Source: Nemertoderma westbladi (lineage: Eukaryota > Animalia > Xenacoelomorpha). Taken from it: DNA of 36,545 nt. How positions within the stretch are numbered: the stretch's first letter is position 1; every line of letters starts with the position of its first letter. A model generated the notes under the pieces. It ran no database searches, was not told where the DNA came from, and saw only the letters and a list, made by a program, of their open reading frames with translations. Positions 30,887 through 36,545 of this stretch are shown piece by piece. The stretch covers positions 1 through 36,545 of the forward strand of contig JAUCBJ010000789.1 of NCBI GenBank assembly GCA_032718475.1. Reading direction: 5' to 3'. Made by a program: the position numbers and the translations under genes.

Positions 30887-32686
30887 CTCTCACTCAATCA
30901 CCCATACTACGATTTAATCTCAATAAACAAATAGCAATAAAAAATTAAGTATATTTAATTTTATAAAATAATGATAATAAAGTATCTAAAATATACATAA
31001 TATGAAAATTAACTATAAAAAACGGGGGCGGATATTGATAAAGGTATTTTTTCCCGTCATAATATTATTATTATTTATTAACATAATATCATATATTTGA
31101 GATTCGATGAACAATTAATTATCATTGCACTTAGTAAACTGAAACATTGACAAGATAATATACATAATGTATGTTTATGTAATATGACACACCAGAAATG
31201 CAGCTCGTACACTTTACCTAATAAAATACAGTCGAGTCAAAACCAAAGGGGCCAAAATTTAACAAAAACATTAGTTAAGGCCTTAACCTTTGAACGCAAT
31301 TGAGTTTTAATACCTTGACATAACAAAATTTGTTCTGCCCTCTATTACACATTTTTCACGAAATCTACACTGCAATGCAAAAACTTTTCCGTCAAAAATT
31401 AATAATATTTAAGCCCAGATATGTTTAATATTCATATACAAACTTTTTATAGTACGATGTTTATGTTTTAATGCATGTACATGTTTAACCACGATGTACG
31501 TACATTGCAAAGCTACAACCAGATAATAATTTCCAATGTGCACTAACACAATCTCAGCCAATAGCATATACGTACGCCTTAAGCAGATTGGTGGTCTACA
31601 CTATCTGACCCGGGCTATTTTTACTACATAATAATAATAATAATTTTAATTTTTTTTAGATTGTGGCTGAAAAATTAAAATTTTGAAGGTGTAAAAGGAT
31701 TCGAGGTAGCTGATCACGATAAAACTTCTTTAAAAAATTTTTGGTGTTTTTTTTTGGTATTTTTTAAATTTTGGGTGCTATTCTGGTGCCCCAGGACGAA
31801 AAGTAAAGTAAAACAAAACTAAAAAATGTTGTGTTTGGTTGGATAATTCTGAATGTCAATGTTGCTAATCACAATGAATTTCAAAATGTTAAATTTTACC
31901 TTTGGTTGGGTAATTCTGAAGGTATACTGCTCACGATAGAAATTGTTAAAAATATTTTATGATAGTGTAACCCTCAAATTTATTATTAATTTGTGCTACT
32001 TGTGCTATTTTTCGTGCCACATTGTCACATATTAAAAATATCATAAACAATCAGAAACAACATTTTATTTTGATTCTTATACGAATTCAGCTACACGGAA
32101 AACCCATAAGGCAATAAAATCACGTTGATTTGGTATTGATTTTTTTTGGCTACTTGTATTTTTCGTCCCACATATATCTAAAAATGCCCTGATCAATAAG
32201 ATACGAGATATTTCAGTGTCATACTCGTGATCAGCATCCCTAAAAACCCATAAGATCATAAAAACAGTTTGATGTGGTGCTGATTTTTCTTATCATATTT
32301 GCACTCCTTGTTTTTTCGTTTGTTTCCATGTATTTTCGAGTATATTGAAATTAAAATATTAAAATAGACAAAATATTCTAATCCAATTGTATATAAGTAT
32401 ATATATTATATCTATGTTTCTGGAGCATTCGTTGAAAAAATATATATAAAGTAAAAATTCTTTAAAATCAGTTTGCTTTAAAAATCAATATTATACTGAA
32501 TTACTATTTGGTTGCAGATAAAATTGTTAACTTTTATGTTCAGGTCATGTGCCCCTAACAAGCACAAGACACCATCTCTGCTGCAATCTGTCCGTTTAAG
32601 TTTACTTATGCTGTCTTAAGAATAACTAATAAGTCACCTTATGTACAACAAAGTATATCTAATCATTGTAAGGTAAAACAATATAA

Positions 32687-34938
32687 GGGTCGTTCTCACA
32701 AAAAGTGGCCAAACTTTTATGTCAAAATGTCCATGCATTCGCACGGTTATGTTTCCAAACGACACAGATTTAACCCTATGAACCTATATACCAATCGGAA
32801 GAGCGGAAATCTGCTCATATTTCAGCAAATTTTCAAAAGATTCCATTCACAACCTAGAGAATGACACCATTTCAAATATCGAAAATGCATGTTTTTTGAA
32901 ATGTCACATTGAATTATTTTCAAATATTTGGCTTCTGAGCTAAAGCAATGAAAGCAAAGGTTCCACATACCATACATCAAAATAAAGCAAATTTAATTCT
33001 CTTTCACATACTATTGGTGGTTTTCAACCGAAGCTAATCACATTTTATATATTTACTATTTACTAACAATTAATTACGCCGTCACTAGGATTTTGTCCAC
33101 CATGTAACGCTCGTTTTTATGACATGGTTTTTTTATATTTATTCACAACATCTCCAAGTGAGATATTTCTAAACGGCGATTTATTTAGCTATCAGCAGGT
33201 AAAAAAATTATAAGAATTCGTTCATTAGAATTCGAGCGTTGTGCGAAAACGTAAATCTACATAAAATACCGTCATTAGGAATGTCCTCAATGCTCAATGT
33301 AACGCTACTTTGAATAGCGATAACTTTTGCTTTACTAATCATATCGACACCATTGAGGGCTCATATGAAAGAGCAATCGCAGATCTATCGAATCACATAT
33401 TTGATTTTAATATAGTTTCAAAACAGACTATAGTCAACGCCATGCTAATGAAAAATGTCTTCAATGTCCATCATGTAACGCATGTAACGCTGTCACAATC
33501 AATAGCGTTACACTTGAGACATGTCCATCATGTAACGTAGTTGGGCCTGAACATACCTAGCAGTACGAGTGGCGTTTCTTTTTACAAATTAGGCAGTCAG
33601 GGTCAAATTAACAATAGTCGATGGTTTCTGGTTTTCAGTATTTAGTATAAACTACTGTAGTAGTCTCATGAGTTTGTTTACCTTTCTTTATTTCGGTTCT
33701 AAAACAGTACTTCTTAATCGTCATGCAATTACAATTGTCAAACGGAATTAAGCGTGTTGTGTCCGGTAAGAACTTCTCGATTGAATTTATAGTGATGGTG
33801 TTACACGTGAAGGACATAGAGATTAAGTTAGTGATGGGATGGCGTTACACGTGAAGGACTTAGAGATTAAGTTAGTGATGGCGTTACACGTGAAGGACTT
33901 AGAGATTAAGTTAGTGATGGCGTTACACGTGAAGGACTTACTGTAGTTACACGTGAAGGACATAGAGATTAAGTTAGTGATGGGATGGCGTTACACGTGA
34001 AGGACTTAGAGATTAAGTTAGTGATGGCGTTACACGTGAAGGACTTAGAGATTAAGTTAGTGATGGCGTTACACGTGAAGGACTTAGAGATTAAGTTAGT
34101 GATGGCGTTACACGTGAAGGACTTAGTTACACGTAAAGGACTTAGTTACACGTGAAGGACTTAGAGATTAAGTTAGTGATGGCGTTACACGTGAAGGACT
34201 TAGAGATTAAGTTAGTGATGGCGTTACACGTGAAGGACTTAGAGATTAAGTTAGTGATGGCGTTACACTTGAAGGACTTAGAGATTACGTTAGTGATGGG
34301 ATGGTGTTACACGTGAAGGACTTAGAGATTAAGTTAGTGATGGCGTTACACGTGAAGGACTTAGTTACACGTGAAGGACTTAGAGATTACTTTAGTGATG
34401 GTTTTAAGGATTCCGTTAACTATTTTGTACAATTATTGTTACAATAGTATGTATATTCATATTGTATGTATACAATAATACAAACTAAACAATTTGCTGA
34501 TTTGAAAAATATTATTTTCAGCCATTGGGTCGATAAATAAATCCGTAAAAAACCCGTATAAATATAAAATAAATCCGTACATGACATTAAAGTGACTGTT
34601 GAATTTCTGGTATATATTTTAAATGTCAAATCCTGGATACTGATTGGCTAACAAGTAGCGTTACATTCGAGACAACGAGTTAGATTGTGGGCGTTTTGTG
34701 AAATGAAGGCTGCTGATTGGCTAACAAGTAGCGTTACACCAGGGACAAAATGTTACATTGTGGACATTAGTTTTTCGCGAATAAAACCTTACGACTTTAC
34801 TAAATAAACGGCCCACTAGTGTATTCGAAATCGCCTCATCGAGAGCTCTCGAAATATGTATATATTTATATGGTTTTGACAAAAAAAAATTTGACAATTT
34901 TTTCTCAAAATTTTGGCCACTTTTTGTGAGAACAACCC
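32687..34938. mobile_element. Non-autonomous TIR element, Sola-like, carrying the 39-bp array
   Basis: 26-bp TIR GGGT(C/T)GTTCTCACAAAAAGTGGCCAAA and 4-bp TSD ATAA; no transposase ORF. Confidence 0.75.
33790..34401. repeat. 39-bp minisatellite with E-box core
   Basis: Unit TTAGAGATTAAGTTAGTGATGGCGTTACACGTGAAGGAC with 44-bp and 19-bp variants; about 15 intact CACGTG. Confidence 0.95.
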
Positions 34939-35453
34939 ATAAATAAAAAAATTATTAAATAAAATATAATTAAAACAAACTAAACTAATTATACATTAAT
35001 TGATCAACTACGTCAGTTAACAATAACCACGAGCTCCAGGCTCATTAGTGTAGTGGATGCACAGAGTTGAACGTCGGACAAATTAAATTAAATTATATAT
35101 TATCCGTATGCTGTTTATTATATTGTGTGCGACATCACAAAACAGACAACAAAAAAATATAGAATTATTAGAATGGGGCACACTTAACCAAGTCTGCATT
35201 GATGGCCTGCCAAGGTGGGTTCGAACAGGCGCTTTAACCATTCAACTATAATGCACATTGCATACGCCCAAAAATTATGAAACCACCCATTAAACCATAA
35301 TACTAAACAATCTTAGCTGCTAGGATATTAAAGTAAAATAATGGAAGTGAACATTTTTTACATGCCGTATTTTAAATTTATATTTTTAAATTGTATTGAT
35401 ATTGGTTGTTTCATATATTTAATTTAGATTACATATCACACTATATAGTTGAT

Positions 35454-36370
35454 TTAACGGCTCATGGACGGTGCGGGGTGCAAATACACCGAGCTATTTT
35501 TTTTACCAGATAAATATTATACCCTGAAATTTTATGACTTTTCCTGGTTCTTTACACGATAAACACACAGAATCAATAATGGCCAATAATGTGTGGGTGG
35601 GAGGGAGCTGCAACTACTTTCACTTTTATGTACAAAGAGGTGTGTAAATACACCCCAGGCTATTCCCTATTATATTTTTATATAACCACTAATTTTATTA
35701 CTCGGTTACATATTAGATAACCCAGATATAAATTTCAGTGTGCGGTTACAAATTTGAGCGCACGTTTACAATAGTGAATCCGGGTATCAATTTCAGTCAA
35801 CGGCTACTAATTGGAGTACCCGCCGGTCACGAATTTCAGTCAAATTTATTCAATTCAAGCCGACTTTAGGACATCCGTTTAGAATTAAGAAATTTGGTTT
35901 AGAACTTGAGTTTCCCGCCCCGATGCTATTATTTAAACTGGTATTCTTTTCAATATATTTTTGCCCCTAGGGCCATCTTCAGGAAACGAAACAAATACAA
36001 AAAGTTTATACAAAAGGTTACATTATATACACATTACTTAAAAGAATACCTGTTTTTATAATAGCATCGGGGCGGGAAACTCCAGTTCTATTGTTTAAAA
36101 CGAATTTCAGTGTCTGGTTACTAATTGGAGTAACAATTCACTATTTCAGTACTCATTTACATATTAGATCACCAAAATATAAATTTAAGCGTCCGGTTAC
36201 ATATTAGTGCACCCGGTTTCCAATATTTCCCGGTTCTCTGTGTACTAATTTCAGTACACGAATTTTTGTTTCCCTAAACATATTTGTTGTTTGCGGTCAT
36301 TTTGCGCCACATAATATATATATTTTTATGGCGGGGTGTGTTTGCACCCCGCAACGTACAAAACAGCTAA
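35454..36370. mobile_element. Decayed TIR element, possibly piggyBac-like
   Basis: TTAA...TGCGGGGTGCAAATACACC versus GGTGTGTTTGCACCCCGCA...CTAA; degenerate internal repeats. Confidence 0.5.
35900..36090. mobile_element. ~50-bp inverted repeat enclosing a degenerate hammerhead motif (Penelope-like relic)
   Basis: TAGAAC..GAGTTTCCCGCCCCGATGCTATTAT...GTATTCTTT and its reverse complement; minus-strand TTTC-CTGAAGA-TGGCCCTAGGGGCA-AAAA-TATA-TT-GAAA. Confidence 0.55.
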
Positions 36371-36545
36371 GAAAAGCGGCAATTTTTTCGAACAATGGTT
36401 TTGGGAGCAATACTAAAGGAACCAATAATAAGTATTATAATATCATGTCTAAATAAAAGAATTGAAAAATATGTAAATTTGGGCATCATGTAAAGTAACT
36501 ATGTAACTATACAACTAGAGAGTTCAACCAATCCGTAGTCTTTAA

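Noticed and set aside
31600-32300. Decayed DNA-transposon-like motifs (GCTGATCACGA, AAAACCCATAAG)
   Set aside because: No definable ends or TSD.
30615-34629. Short ORFs upstream of RBBP6
   Set aside because: No recognisable motifs or splice structure; they lie in repeat-derived AT-rich DNA.
33557-34823. Nested Helitron or mariner around the E-box array
   Set aside because: Putative termini are too degenerate to call.

Overview
AT-rich metazoan (probably invertebrate) genomic DNA; no prokaryotic systems are present. The backbone is a minus-strand RBBP6/Mpe1/SNAMA-family gene (DWNN, zinc knuckle, RING, Pro-rich region). I traced it by hand through 14 phase-consistent GT-AG exons from ATG 30078 down to 8721, about 1052 codons, and it probably continues beyond the left edge. 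Three large passengers lie antisense inside its introns: a very young BEL/Pao LTR retrotransposon (1-8006; LTRs differ at one visible base; gag/pol frame break; exact in-frame 210-bp duplication), an intronless DPM1 (13078-13827), and a probable 3-exon single-doublecortin-domain gene (18681-20291). There are four minisatellites (31, 36, 42 and 39 bp units). One multiplies a real splice donor of RBBP6, and one appears to have amplified from the head of a tRNA-derived SINE. Smaller features include several MITEs with clear TIR/TSD signatures, a 17+17-bp P-element-type excision footprint, an RTE LINE tail and a degenerate Penelope-type hammerhead. All calls are by eye; no database search or folding was run.
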